Shown one piece after another: positions 1 to 9,638 of a stretch of 64,000 nucleotides of DNA. The translations under genes and the position numbers were made by a program. This DNA comes from an uncultured delta proteobacterium (lineage in GTDB: Bacteria > Myxococcota_A > Polyangia > Polyangiales > B10-G4), in contig CAVSGI010000009.1 of assembly GCA_963727445.1 (NCBI GenBank), positions 224,001-288,000 of the forward strand, in the 5' to 3' direction. The stretch's first letter is position 1; the number at the start of each line of letters is the position of its first letter. The notes beneath the pieces were generated by a model. It was given only the letters and a program-made list of their open reading frames with translations. It was not told the DNA's origin and did no database searches.

Positions 1-780
1 GAGCGCGACGAGGACGCCGGCGGCGGCGACGCCGTAGTAACGCCGCTCCCGGTAGCTGGTCACGCCGAGGACGCCGAGCAGGAAGACGACGCAGAGGCCG
101 GTGAACCACGACGAATCCTCGCGCCAGAAGGTGAACCCGAAGGGCAACGGCAGCGCCGCGCGACTGCTCAGCCAGGCCGGGATCGCGTGCCCGATCTCGT
201 GGAACCAGATCTGGACGATGAATACGATGGGGCGCGCGAGGCCGAAGGCGCCGAAGACGAGCCCGATCAGAGCGGCGATCGGAAGCGCCAGGTACTGGAT
301 GAGCGGCAGATCGTAGGGCATCCGATGAGCGCCCGCCGTGAGGCCATCGCCCTCATCCTCCGTGACTTCTCCGGATGCGGCCGGCCTGCTCGACACGACG
401 GGCGCGCGGCTCACCGGCGGAGCTGGCTGTGCCGACGGCCGGGGTGGAGGCCGAGACGATGGCGGTCGCGTCTTGGCGATCCGACTCATCACCGGTGACT
501 CGAGCCACGCCCCATCGCACGCGGCACACGTCATCCACGTCGTCCCCAGAAGGACGTTGCGGATCACCGGCGCGCCGCAGGCCGGACACTCGTCCATGTC
601 GCCCAGGCTCGCCTCGCCCTGCTCGGCGCCATCGAGCGCGTGCCCGAGGAGATCGGGGAGCGTGTCGACGGAGGTCAGACCGCCGCGACAGACCGGGCAG
701 AACTCCACCTCGATGCCCTGATAGTCGACGGCGCGAAGGGCGGCAGCGCAGCGTGGACAGGTGTGTTCACCGGGATTCAT
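1..780 (-). CDS. Tandem Zn-ribbon (zf-TFIIB-like) protein fused to a membrane HExxH (M50-like) peptidase domain; 3' end runs off the window
   Basis: Manual translation (absent from the ORF track because it is open-ended): MNPGEHTCPRC..EVEFCPVCRG..CPACG..TCAACDGAWLE, Pro-rich linker, then TM segments with IWFHEIGHAIPAWL. Confidence 0.7.
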   Translation of the reverse strand, partial: MNPGEHTCPRCAAALRAVDYQGIEVEFCPVCRGGLTSVDTLPDLLGHALDGAEQGEASLGDMDECPACGAPVIRNVLLGTTWMTCAACDGAWLESPVMSRIAKTRPPSSRPPPRPSAQPAPPVSRAPVVSSRPAASGEVTEDEGDGLTAGAHRMPYDLPLIQYLALPIAALIGLVFGAFGLARPIVFIVQIWFHEIGHAIPAWLSSRAALPLPFGFTFWREDSSWFTGLCVVFLLGVLGVTSYRERRYYGVAAAGVLVAL

Positions 781-955
781 CACCGCGCGTCATCGGGCGT
801 GAGGGGGGCGTCGTCGGGGCGCACGGGTCTCGAGATCCTAGCGCAGGACGTCACGGGGCACGAAGTGAAGGCCAATCGCTCGCCAAGGTGCGTGAGACAT
901 CGCAGGTCGTCCCGCCAGATGCGTGGTTACTCGTGTGTAGAGCCCGGATCTCCCG

Positions 956-2191
956 ATGTTTCGAATCCTGAGCACTGTCCTGTTTTGTGGCCTGACGTTG
1001 GCGTCGGGAGCGGGATGTGCGGTGGCGGGCCCGACTTCGACCACCGACTCCGCATCGCTGACCGATCGCGAGCAGCTCGGACAGCTGCTCTTCGAGGACA
1101 CCAACCTCTCGGAGCCCCCCGGGCAATCCTGCGCGACTTGCCACGATCCCGGCGCGGCGTTCACGGGTAACGACGGTTCTTCCATCGATGCGGTGGCGCG
1201 CGGCGCAGGCGCCGGTGAGCTCGGAAGCAGGAACGTGCCGACCCTCATGTATGCGATGTACAGCCCGTCCTTCGACTTCGTCTTCGGACCGCTCGAGCAG
1301 GGCGGCGAAGGGTACACACCCACCGGCGGGCTGTTCTGGGACGGACGCGCCGCGAGCCTGGAGGAACAGGCGCGCGGACCGCTGCTGAACCCCCGCGAGA
1401 TGGGCAACCCCGACGTCGCGACCGTGGTCGCCAAGGTTCGTGACGCAGACTACGCCGACCAGTTCCGCGCGGTGTACGGCCCGACCGCGCTCGACGACGA
1501 TGCGTCGGCATTCGAACACATCGTCGAAGCGATCGCGTCCTTCGAGCGGAGCGACCGCTTCCGGCCCTTTTCGTCGCGCTTCGACGACTTCCTCCGCGGC
1601 ACGGCGACCCCCACCGAAGCCGAGTCGCGCGGGTTCGCGATCTTCGCCAGCGAGGAACGCGGCAACTGCATCGGTTGCCATTTCGGTGACACGGACTCTC
1701 CGGACCCCGAGGACTGGATGTTCACCGACTTCACCTACGACAACATCGGCGTGCCACGAAACGAAGAGATCCCCGACAACGCCGACCCGACCCACTACGA
1801 CCTCGGGCTCTGCGCTCAGGAGGGGCTGGCCGACGGCTCCAACGGAGTCCGTGCGCCCGACGGCTTCGACGTGGACTCGCTCTGCGGCGCGTTCAAGGTC
1901 CCGACGCTCCGCAACATCGCGGTTACCGCGCCCTACATGCACAACGGCGTGTTCGGGACGTTGGAAGAAGCTGTGCGCTTCTACTCGTCACGCAACAGCC
2001 ACCCCGAGCGCTGGTATCCGGAAGGGCCCGATGGCGCGCCCCTGCTCTTCGACGACGTCCCCGCCCGATATCGGGACAACGTGAACACCACCGTGCCCCC
2101 TCTCGACACGCAACGTGGTCTCACGGACAACGGGATCGCCGACCTCGTCGCCTTCCTCGAAACGCTGACCGACCGCGAATTCCTGCCCTGA
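956..2191 (+). CDS. Di-heme cytochrome c peroxidase, bCCP/MauG superfamily (BthA-like)
   Basis: Signal peptide; CATCH and CIGCH; RNVPTL, FWDGRAASLEEQA, FKVPTLRNIAVTAPYMHNG. Confidence 0.92.
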   Translation: MFRILSTVLFCGLTLASGAGCAVAGPTSTTDSASLTDREQLGQLLFEDTNLSEPPGQSCATCHDPGAAFTGNDGSSIDAVARGAGAGELGSRNVPTLMYAMYSPSFDFVFGPLEQGGEGYTPTGGLFWDGRAASLEEQARGPLLNPREMGNPDVATVVAKVRDADYADQFRAVYGPTALDDDASAFEHIVEAIASFERSDRFRPFSSRFDDFLRGTATPTEAESRGFAIFASEERGNCIGCHFGDTDSPDPEDWMFTDFTYDNIGVPRNEEIPDNADPTHYDLGLCAQEGLADGSNGVRAPDGFDVDSLCGAFKVPTLRNIAVTAPYMHNGVFGTLEEAVRFYSSRNSHPERWYPEGPDGAPLLFDDVPARYRDNVNTTVPPLDTQRGLTDNGIADLVAFLETLTDREFLP

Positions 2192-2308
2192 CGCTGGAAT
2201 TTCCGTGACCGGGCGCACGTACGACGCGTGGGCTTAATTGCTCGTGTCGCCCTTGCAAGACCGTTTTGCGGTACTAATGCGACACGTACTTCGTCGAAAG
2301 GGTCCGCC

Positions 2309-3247
2309 GTGCGCCAATCCGCCACCGTCTTCGTCATCTGCATTCTGCTCTCGGCATGTTCGGACGAACGGGGGCGCTCCCCTTCGACCGATGGCGGGGG
2401 CGGCTCGGGTGACGGGAGCACGATGGACGGCGGGACGGGGACTCCCGACGCACGCATCCCTCCGACAGTCGATTCCGGTGTGCTCGATGCCGGGACCGAG
2501 TACTGCGGCCCCGACAGCAGCGTCGACGCGGGATCGACCACGCCCACGCCCGATTGCTCGGGCGGCGCCGCAGCCCCCGGCTGTCTCTGCGATACCGTCG
2601 GCGCGACCCAGACCTGCACCAACGGGCGCACGATGACGTGCAACGCGTATGGGGAGTTCGGTGGCAAGTGGGGTCCCTGTCTCGGCACCTGCTTCTCGAG
2701 CGGCACCTGGGCCATCGACAACCTGGTCCCGTGCTTCATCGGTGACGGCACCACGACCTACGCATTCTCGAGCTCGCTCGTCTCCGGCATGGCCGACTGC
2801 GGCGGGATGGTCAGCTCCCTGCCGCCGCCCATGCCCACGAGCGACTGGAGCACGGACTCGCTCACCGTCGATTGTCAGGGGCAGTTCACCCTCTGCTACA
2901 CGCTGAAGGCCGGCGACGGCAGCGCCCCGACCGACAGCGACTGCACCGTGGCGCGTGTGTGCACCTCCGGTTACTACGCCGAGGCCAACGTCACGCAGGC
3001 GCTGCCGCCGCTCAGCGGCTGGCTCGGCACCGACACGGCGTGCGCACAGGCGTTCCTGGACGAGGGTGGCTACGGCGAGATGTCGGTCGTGGGCCTCACC
3101 ATCGACTGCGAGCAGATCGACGACGGCGCCGGCGGCGAGTACGTGTTCAACCGCGTGACCTACTGCCCGTCCTGCTGCAACGACGGATCCTGTTCGTCCG
3201 ACCCGCTCTGCTCCATGTGCGGTATGGGCGGCTCCGGCGGCTTCTGA
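2309..3247 (+). CDS. Cys-rich lipoprotein, unknown function
   Basis: GTG start; lipobox LLSAC; DGG/DAG linker; many Cys. Confidence 0.8.
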   Translation: MRQSATVFVICILLSACSDERGRSPSTDGGGGSGDGSTMDGGTGTPDARIPPTVDSGVLDAGTEYCGPDSSVDAGSTTPTPDCSGGAAAPGCLCDTVGATQTCTNGRTMTCNAYGEFGGKWGPCLGTCFSSGTWAIDNLVPCFIGDGTTTYAFSSSLVSGMADCGGMVSSLPPPMPTSDWSTDSLTVDCQGQFTLCYTLKAGDGSAPTDSDCTVARVCTSGYYAEANVTQALPPLSGWLGTDTACAQAFLDEGGYGEMSVVGLTIDCEQIDDGAGGEYVFNRVTYCPSCCNDGSCSSDPLCSMCGMGGSGGF

Positions 3248-3292
3248 GCACGCGGGCCAGGACCTTCGCATCGCTGCGTGCGCCGGTGATCT

Positions 3293-4495
3293 TCACTCGT
3301 GCCGCAGCGCGTCGATCGGATTCATCCGCGCGGCCTTGCGCGCGGGAAAGAAACCGAAGACGACGCCCACCGCCGCTGAGAAGAAGAAGGCGATGATGAC
3401 GATCTGGGGCGCGAACACGAAGACGATGCCGAGCGCGCGGGAGGCCAGGTAGGCTCCACCGAGGCCGATGGCGACGCCCAGCGCGCCCCCGAAGGTGGAC
3501 AGGAGCATCGCCTCGACCAGGAACTGGAAGAGGACCTCGCGAGCCCGCGCGCCGATGGCGAGGCGGATACCGATCTCGCGCGTTCGCTCGGTCACCGACA
3601 CCAGCATGATGTTCATGATCCCGATGCCGCCAACCAGGAGGCTGACCGCTGCGATGGAACCGAGGAGCGCGGTGAGCACGCCGGTGATCGTCCCGAGCAT
3701 GCGCGACACCTCTTTGAGATCGCGCACCTCGAAGTCGTTCTCGTCGCTGCCGCGGATGCCGCGCCGCTCGCGGAGCAGCGCGGTGATGTCCTGCTGAACC
3801 TTCGGTGTCCCGCTGGCCTGCGCCGCGGTGACGAGCACCGTCCCGATGTCGTCGGTGCCGATGATTCGGCGCTGTACCGCCGCCAGGGGCATGAGGATGA
3901 AGTCGTCCTGATCCATGCCGAAGGTCGATTCGCCACGCGCCTCGACGACCCCGATGACCTCGCAGGGGACGTTGTCGACCCGGATCGTTGCGCCGAGCGG
4001 ATCGCCCGCGCCGAAGAGCTCGCGGACGACGGTCGCTCCGAGCACGCAGACGGCGGCGCCGGTGCGCTCCTGCGCTGGCAGGAAGGTCTCGCCCGACGAG
4101 AGGGACGAGCCGCGCACGTCGAGATAACTCGCCGTCGTTCCGGTGGCGGTCGTCGTCCAGTTCTTGTTGGCATATACGACGCGCACCGCGCGCGACGCGA
4201 TGGGGGCGAGCATCTCGACGCCGGGGAGCTCCGCGATCGCTTCGATGTCGGCCGCGGAAAATGGCGCCGCGGAGGTGGAGGCGCCGCCCATGACCCGCGT
4301 GCCCGGCCTCACGACGAGTAGGTTCTCGCCCATGGAAGCCACCTCGTTCGTCACCTGCGCCGACGCGCCTTCGCCAAGCGTGACCATCGCGATCACGGCG
4401 GCGACGCCGATGATGATGCCGAGCGCGGTGAGCGACGAGCGCAACAGATTTCGGCGAATCTCCCGGATCGCCATCGCGAGCGTCGCCCAGATCAC
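3293..4495 (-). CDS. MacB/FtsX-type ABC permease
   Basis: RSSLTALGIIIGVAAVIAM, GGIGIMNIMLVSVTERTREIGIR, PIDALRHE; GTGA overlap with the ATPase stop. Confidence 0.95.
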   Translation of the reverse strand: MIWATLAMAIREIRRNLLRSSLTALGIIIGVAAVIAMVTLGEGASAQVTNEVASMGENLLVVRPGTRVMGGASTSAAPFSAADIEAIAELPGVEMLAPIASRAVRVVYANKNWTTTATGTTASYLDVRGSSLSSGETFLPAQERTGAAVCVLGATVVRELFGAGDPLGATIRVDNVPCEVIGVVEARGESTFGMDQDDFILMPLAAVQRRIIGTDDIGTVLVTAAQASGTPKVQQDITALLRERRGIRGSDENDFEVRDLKEVSRMLGTITGVLTALLGSIAAVSLLVGGIGIMNIMLVSVTERTREIGIRLAIGARAREVLFQFLVEAMLLSTFGGALGVAIGLGGAYLASRALGIVFVFAPQIVIIAFFFSAAVGVVFGFFPARKAARMNPIDALRHE

Positions 4496-5208
4496 GACGG
4501 CACCCCGTCGCTCAGGATCCGCCCGTCCCGGAACTCCACCACGCGGGACGCGTAGTGGGCGTACTCTTGCTCGTGCGTGACCATCACGATGGTGATGCCG
4601 CGCTCCTCGTTCAGCGAAGCCAGAAGGCGCAGGATCTCTTCGCTCTTTTGCGAGTCGAGGTTGCCCGTGGGCTCGTCGGCCAGAAGGACGTCCGGCTCGC
4701 TCACCATCGCGCGGGCGATCGCCACGCGTTGCTGCTGTCCGCCGGAGAGCTCGTTCGGTTTGTGGGAGAGACGGTCGCCGAGGCCGACGGAGTCGAGCGC
4801 GGTCTTCGCGCGCGCCCGACGCTCGTCGGTCGGCATGCCGCGGTAGAGGAGCGGAAGCTCCACGTTCTCGAGCGCGCTCGTGCGGGGAAGGAGGTTGAAC
4901 CCCTGGAAGACGAACCCGAGGTAGTGGCGGCGCAGGAGCGCGAGCTGGTCGCGGTCGAGGCTGCCCACGTCGACGCCCCGGAAGAGATACTTGCCGCCGG
5001 TCGGTACGTCGAGACAGCCGAAGACGTTCAGGCAGGTCGACTTGCCCGAGCCGCTCGCGCCCATGACGGCGACGAACTCGCCGCTGCGGACGAGGAGATC
5101 GACGCCGTCGAGCGCGCGGACCTCCGCCGCGCCCTGGCCATAGACCTTCTGCACCGCCTGCAGCTCCATGAGCTCGCCGCCGGGCTCGACGTGGTGCACC
5201 TCCATCAT
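4492..5208 (-). CDS. ABC ATP-binding protein (MacB/LolD family)
   Basis: Walker [29 protein letters not shown]. Confidence 0.96.
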   Translation of the reverse strand: MMEVHHVEPGGELMELQAVQKVYGQGAAEVRALDGVDLLVRSGEFVAVMGASGSGKSTCLNVFGCLDVPTGGKYLFRGVDVGSLDRDQLALLRRHYLGFVFQGFNLLPRTSALENVELPLLYRGMPTDERRARAKTALDSVGLGDRLSHKPNELSGGQQQRVAIARAMVSEPDVLLADEPTGNLDSQKSEEILRLLASLNEERGITIVMVTHEQEYAHYASRVVEFRDGRILSDGVPS

Positions 5209-6455
5209 GGGTGACGGGGTCCGCTGCCGCTTCCGCGAGGCGTCGGCGCACGCTCGACATCGACGATGACGGGAGCGCCGCTCTCCAGATCGCCGCCGGT
5301 GATCTCGGTGACGCGTCCGTCGCTCGAGCCGACCTCGACGTTCACGGGCTCCGGCTCGCCATCTTCCAGAACGAAGACGCGGTGGTGAGCCGCGCTGTCT
5401 TCTTCGCCGCCAGCGGGCTGTTCGGGTTCCCAGTCGGGCGGCCGGAATCGGAGGGCCGTGTTCGGGACGAGGAGCACGTCGTGGTGTTCCTCGGCGAGGA
5501 TGCGCGCGGTCGCGGTCATCCCGGGACGGAGCAGTTGCTCGGGATTGTCGGCGTCCAGCACCGCCTCGTAGGTCACGACGTTCTGAACAGTGCGCGGAGT
5601 GTTGTGCACCGACTCGACCGTCGCGTCGAAGGTCCGCTCCGGGAACGCGTCGACGGTGAAGGTCGCGTGCTGCCCCTCGCGCACCTTGCCGATGTCCGCC
5701 TCGTCGACGGCCACGTGGAGCTCCATCTCGTCGAGGCTGCCGGCCAGAACGAAGAGCACCGGGGTCTGAAAGGCGGCGGCCAGGGTTTGACCCGGCTCGA
5801 CGGATCGGCTGAGCACGACGCCGGTGATGGGCGAGCGAATGGTCGCCCGGTGCACGTTCTCCTCGGCCGACTCCACGGTGGCCGTCGCCAGGGCCACTTC
5901 GGCGCGCGCGCTCTCGACGCCGGCGACGGCGCGCTCGGCGGCGGCTTCGAGCGCTTCGACCTCCTGCGCTGCGAGCCCCGAGAGACCCGGCAGGTTGTGT
6001 GCCCGGGTCACGCGCGTCTGCGCCTCGTGCTCGGTCGTCACCGCGGTGCGAAGCCCGGCCCGGGCCGCCCGCAGCTGGGCGCGCGCCTGATTGAGATTGG
6101 CGCGAAGCGACTCGTCGTCGAGGCGGATGAGGACCTGACCCTCTTCGACGTGATCGTTGAAATCGGCGAGCACCTCGGCGACCCGTCCCGAGATCTCCGG
6201 CCCGACCTCCACCTGATTCACGGGCTCGAGGGTCCCGGTCGCGACCACCTCGACGGAGAGGTCACCCCGCTCGGCGGCCTGGGTCTCGTAGCGCGTCGGC
6301 GCCGGCCGGGACGCCCGGACCCAGGCAAAGATCCCCGCCGCCACGGCCGCGGCCACGACCACCAGGATCACGACCGTGCGCACGCGCCGCCGCCAGGCCG
6401 CTTTGCCGGTGGCGCCGATGTTGTCGAGAACCTCGGCGTCGGGGACACGACTCAT
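5205..6455 (-). CDS. macA: MacA-type periplasmic adaptor (membrane fusion protein)
   Basis: N-terminal TM, ATGTLEP..VEVG..ISG, coiled-coil hairpin, VDEADIG, LRPGMTA. Confidence 0.92.
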   Translation of the reverse strand: MSRVPDAEVLDNIGATGKAAWRRRVRTVVILVVVAAAVAAGIFAWVRASRPAPTRYETQAAERGDLSVEVVATGTLEPVNQVEVGPEISGRVAEVLADFNDHVEEGQVLIRLDDESLRANLNQARAQLRAARAGLRTAVTTEHEAQTRVTRAHNLPGLSGLAAQEVEALEAAAERAVAGVESARAEVALATATVESAEENVHRATIRSPITGVVLSRSVEPGQTLAAAFQTPVLFVLAGSLDEMELHVAVDEADIGKVREGQHATFTVDAFPERTFDATVESVHNTPRTVQNVVTYEAVLDADNPEQLLRPGMTATARILAEEHHDVLLVPNTALRFRPPDWEPEQPAGGEEDSAAHHRVFVLEDGEPEPVNVEVGSSDGRVTEITGGDLESGAPVIVDVERAPTPRGSGSGPRHP

Positions 6456-6509
6456 CGCCCGAAAGGTACTCCCAGTCCGCCGATATCCAAGCGGGAAGCA
6501 AAGCGCCGC

Positions 6510-6953
6510 TCAAGGCTCGGCGCGATCGGTCCGCACGGGAATCCACTGGACGGCGCGCCGTGTTCGATACGGGGTGGGATCGAGGTGCAGGCGGTGCATG
6601 TCGCCGACGGACACAGGTCCGGCGTTGCCCTCCTCGCGGGCTCGCTCGGGACAGACGGTGCGCACCAGGAACTGTTGCTCGTCGAAATCGCCGTCTTCGA
6701 CGCGAACGGTCTCGTAGCGAGCGGGCACGGCGAAGGTCTGCTGGCTGGTGCAGGGCGACGGGCGCGGAACCTCGAGCACACGCGCGACCACGACCAGCGG
6801 CTCTCCGCTCGGCACGTGCGCCGTGGGGTCGTCGCCGGTGGCCGCCGTGGCCTCGCTCTGTCCCGTCGCCTGTTCCTGCTTTCGATCACAGCCGCAGACG
6901 GTGAGCACGGCGGCGAAGAGGAGCGCGGCGAGGATCTGTCGGGGCTCGAGCAC
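6510..6953 (-). CDS. Small hypothetical lipoprotein
   Basis: Hydrophobic signal ending VCGC; fills the gap between neighbouring genes. Confidence 0.65.
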   Translation of the reverse strand: MLEPRQILAALLFAAVLTVCGCDRKQEQATGQSEATAATGDDPTAHVPSGEPLVVVARVLEVPRPSPCTSQQTFAVPARYETVRVEDGDFDEQQFLVRTVCPERAREEGNAGPVSVGDMHRLHLDPTPYRTRRAVQWIPVRTDRAEP

Positions 6954-7001
6954 CGGCGGATACTACCCTGGCACTCCGTATCCGAACTACGGCGAAGGCC
7001 C

Positions 7002-8585
7002 CTATCCCTGCGGGACGCAGGCGTGCGCGACGATCGACGAGCCGGACGCGAGCGCCTTGCAGGTCGTTCCCTCGGGGCAGGCGCTCGAGTCGAGGCAGAC
7101 CGCGCCGCAGATGCCCTCGCTGGAGGAGCCTTCGTGCACACAGCGATTGCCTTCGGCGCCGCAGTCCGCGTCCTCTGCACAGCTCTGACCTTCGTAGGAG
7201 AGGTCGGCGAAGGGGTGGATGCGGGGATTCGCGTCGAGCCCGTGCACGCCGTACATGGCGCCGAGGCCCCAGTAACCGTTCTGATCGGTCAGCACCTCGT
7301 CCCAGGTCTTCACCGGGTTCACGAAGAGCGCGTCCATGAGCTTCTCCACCTCGGCGGGGGTCGACGCGTCGGAGAAGGTGGTCGTAGTGACGACGTTGAG
7401 GCTTTGCTTGTCCGCCTTGGCGGGGTTCGCCCAGAAGGCCTCGCCGATCGAATAGGTCTGGCAGCCGTTGGCCAGGACGATCTGGTAGTCGCTCGGCATC
7501 TCGGCTGCCGCGATTTGCGGGTAGTCGATCGCCCCGTGCGAGGTCTTGCGCCAGTTGGCGAGCGCGAAGCCGTAGTAGTTGCCGCTGTGCCCGTCGAAGA
7601 CGATGACCTCGCGGCTGCGGAGCGACTCGTACATGTCGGCGTTCAGCTGGTCGCCGCCTTCGTCCGTGTCCGGATCGGGCCCCGGGGCCACGTCGGGCTG
7701 GCCGGGATGGAACACCCAGACCTTCACGTTCACGTCGCGGCCTCCGGCCTGGATGGTCTTGGTCAGCGGGCCGTTCGTGCCGGCGTCGTAGTGCGCATAG
7801 TCCTCGGCCTGTGACTCGAACCCGTTCGAGATCAGCCATTCGTAGAAGCGCTTCGAGTTCTTGATGTCGTAGCGGTCCCAGTAGTCCCATCCGAAGTGCA
7901 CGCCGATGGTGAGCTCGCCGTCCGCGTAGAGACGGTCGTAGTCGAGGTAGGCGTCGGTCGAGCGGGGCTGGGTCGCCCAGGTGAGCGTCAGCGTCTCGAG
8001 CTGGTCGTCCTGGAAGTTCGCGGGGTCGTAGCTCCCCGAGTCCCACTGCGAGTCGCGGAACCACTCGTTCTCGGGATCGAGGCGGGCCATGTCCTCGTTC
8101 GAGATCTTGCCGATCTTCAGCTCGAAGGTGTTCGAGCCGAGCTCTTGCAACAGGTTCATCTGACCGGCGACCTGAAGCTTGAAGTGGTAGCTGTACTCGA
8201 GGTCGCTCGTCGCCGTGAGCGCGTCGACCGACCAACCACCGTCGCGCACCATCGCGTGGCGGCCGGGCAGGGATTCGTGGTTGGCCTCTTCGCCTTCCTT
8301 GTCCTGGATGTAGACGTTCAGGAACCACCCGATCACGATGTTCTTGAGGTTGGCGAGCTCCTGGGCGCGAGCGAGCTTTTCCTCTTCGGTCGCGTCTGCC
8401 ATGTCGGCCTCGAGCGTGACCGTCGTGTCGCCTTCGACCGTGTATTCCTGTGCGTTGGTCGAGTAGAAGTCGTCTTCTTTGCCCTGGTCGACCACCCGCA
8501 GGCCTTCATCGGCGGGTGTGGATCCGACGGCGCAGCCGGAGAAGGGGACGAGGAGGGCGAGAGCGATGAGGAGTAGAGAGCGCAT
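7002..8585 (-). CDS. Lipoprotein with a putative clan CD (gingipain/caspase-like) His-Cys domain and a C-terminal Cys-rich module
   Basis: Lipobox FSGC; GKEDD; VIVFDGHSG...YQIVLANGC; upstream GAGGGG RBS. Confidence 0.8.
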   Translation of the reverse strand: MRSLLLIALALLVPFSGCAVGSTPADEGLRVVDQGKEDDFYSTNAQEYTVEGDTTVTLEADMADATEEEKLARAQELANLKNIVIGWFLNVYIQDKEGEEANHESLPGRHAMVRDGGWSVDALTATSDLEYSYHFKLQVAGQMNLLQELGSNTFELKIGKISNEDMARLDPENEWFRDSQWDSGSYDPANFQDDQLETLTLTWATQPRSTDAYLDYDRLYADGELTIGVHFGWDYWDRYDIKNSKRFYEWLISNGFESQAEDYAHYDAGTNGPLTKTIQAGGRDVNVKVWVFHPGQPDVAPGPDPDTDEGGDQLNADMYESLRSREVIVFDGHSGNYYGFALANWRKTSHGAIDYPQIAAAEMPSDYQIVLANGCQTYSIGEAFWANPAKADKQSLNVVTTTTFSDASTPAEVEKLMDALFVNPVKTWDEVLTDQNGYWGLGAMYGVHGLDANPRIHPFADLSYEGQSCAEDADCGAEGNRCVHEGSSSEGICGAVCLDSSACPEGTTCKALASGSSIVAHACVPQG

Positions 8586-8599
8586 CGTGCCCCTCGTTT

Positions 8600-8615
8600 T
8601 GCATGGAGCCTGCCA
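8600..8615 (-). promoter_or_regulatory. Putative sigma54 (-24/-12) promoter for the 7002..8585 gene
   Basis: TGGCAGG-CTCC-ATGCA against consensus TGGCACG-N4-TTGCW; GG and GC correctly spaced. Confidence 0.6.
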
Positions 8616-8710
8616 ACCGACGGACGCTGCCCGCCCCGCGGGATCATGGACGAAACACGCCGTCGCGACTGGCTAGAACAGTCGCCACGCGCCCGGTCTC
8701 CTCCCCCCGC

Positions 8711-9508
8711 TCAGAACGCTCCGCAGGTGGTCGCGGGGTAGGCGACTTGGCGGCTCGTCCCATCCTCGAGGGAGACCACGTGCCGGAAGTAGCCCTCGAA
8801 TCCACCCATGACGACCGGGTAGTGGACCGCGTCGACGGTGAGGAGTTGGGCGTCCTCGGGATACGCGGGCCCCGCCAGGCGCGCGATCCGCCGACCGTCG
8901 CGAAAGACGCCGAGGTCGGGCATGTCGTCGGGGACCGCGACGTCGGCGAGGGTAACGCCGAGCGCGTCGAGCCCGCCGTCGGCGAGGGCGGCGTCGGGGT
9001 GTGCGCCGGCGAGGGCGAGGACCTGATGGGCGGGCGGCTCGCAGTCGACCTCGAGGGCGGTCCACGCCTCCGCCCAATCGGGGCAGGCTCCGATCAGATG
9101 CACGCGCCGCTGCACAGAGGCGATGCATGGAGGAGCGCCGGGTGCGACGACCGTGAGCGTCGCCGGCGATGGAGCGCCCGGCAGTTCCAGCGCGAAGAAG
9201 CGCATGGGCTGGGGACGACCTTCGACGACGACCTGTCCGACGGAGTCGGCGGCTTGTGGGACGGAGGCCTCCGCATCGGTGTGATCGACCAACGCGAAGG
9301 TGTGCGCACCGATGCGCAGCGCCGCCCAGATGCCATCCACCGAATCCAGCGGACCCTCGCTCGGCGCGTCGTCGTCGATCCCCTGCGCCTCCTCGATCCG
9401 CGGCGCCGGCTCGACCTTCGACTCAGAAACGATCGCCGCTTCATCATCGCGCGCGCAGGTGCCGCACCCGACGACGAGGAACAGCAGGATGGAACCTCTC
9501 GAGAGCAT
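8711..9508 (-). CDS. Hypothetical lipoprotein
   Basis: MLSRGSILLFLVVGC signal/lipobox inside the longer 8711..10138 ORF. Confidence 0.65.
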   Translation of the reverse strand: MLSRGSILLFLVVGCGTCARDDEAAIVSESKVEPAPRIEEAQGIDDDAPSEGPLDSVDGIWAALRIGAHTFALVDHTDAEASVPQAADSVGQVVVEGRPQPMRFFALELPGAPSPATLTVVAPGAPPCIASVQRRVHLIGACPDWAEAWTALEVDCEPPAHQVLALAGAHPDAALADGGLDALGVTLADVAVPDDMPDLGVFRDGRRIARLAGPAYPEDAQLLTVDAVHYPVVMGGFEGYFRHVVSLEDGTSRQVAYPATTCGAF

Positions 9509-9638
9509 CGTCAGGCCTGCATCGTAAGCGAAACGCCGAGCGCGGTAACCGGCGGCCAGCGGAGTAGCCGCTCGAACGACCCGAAGATCGTGCGATTCGC
9601 CCTCTTGGGTGGGCCCGGACCTTGCAGCCCAAGTCCGC

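Noticed and set aside
956..3247. MbnH-MbnP pair
   Set aside because: The neighbouring lipoprotein lacks the MbnP WxW motif and no TonB-dependent receptor is adjacent
5211..7814. 867-aa plus-strand ORF and similar long ORFs (28027..30234, 29391..31283, 40846..42642, 44595..46898, 58880..60535)
   Set aside because: Antisense shadows of well-supported genes; stop codons are scarce in high-GC DNA and these ORFs have no motifs
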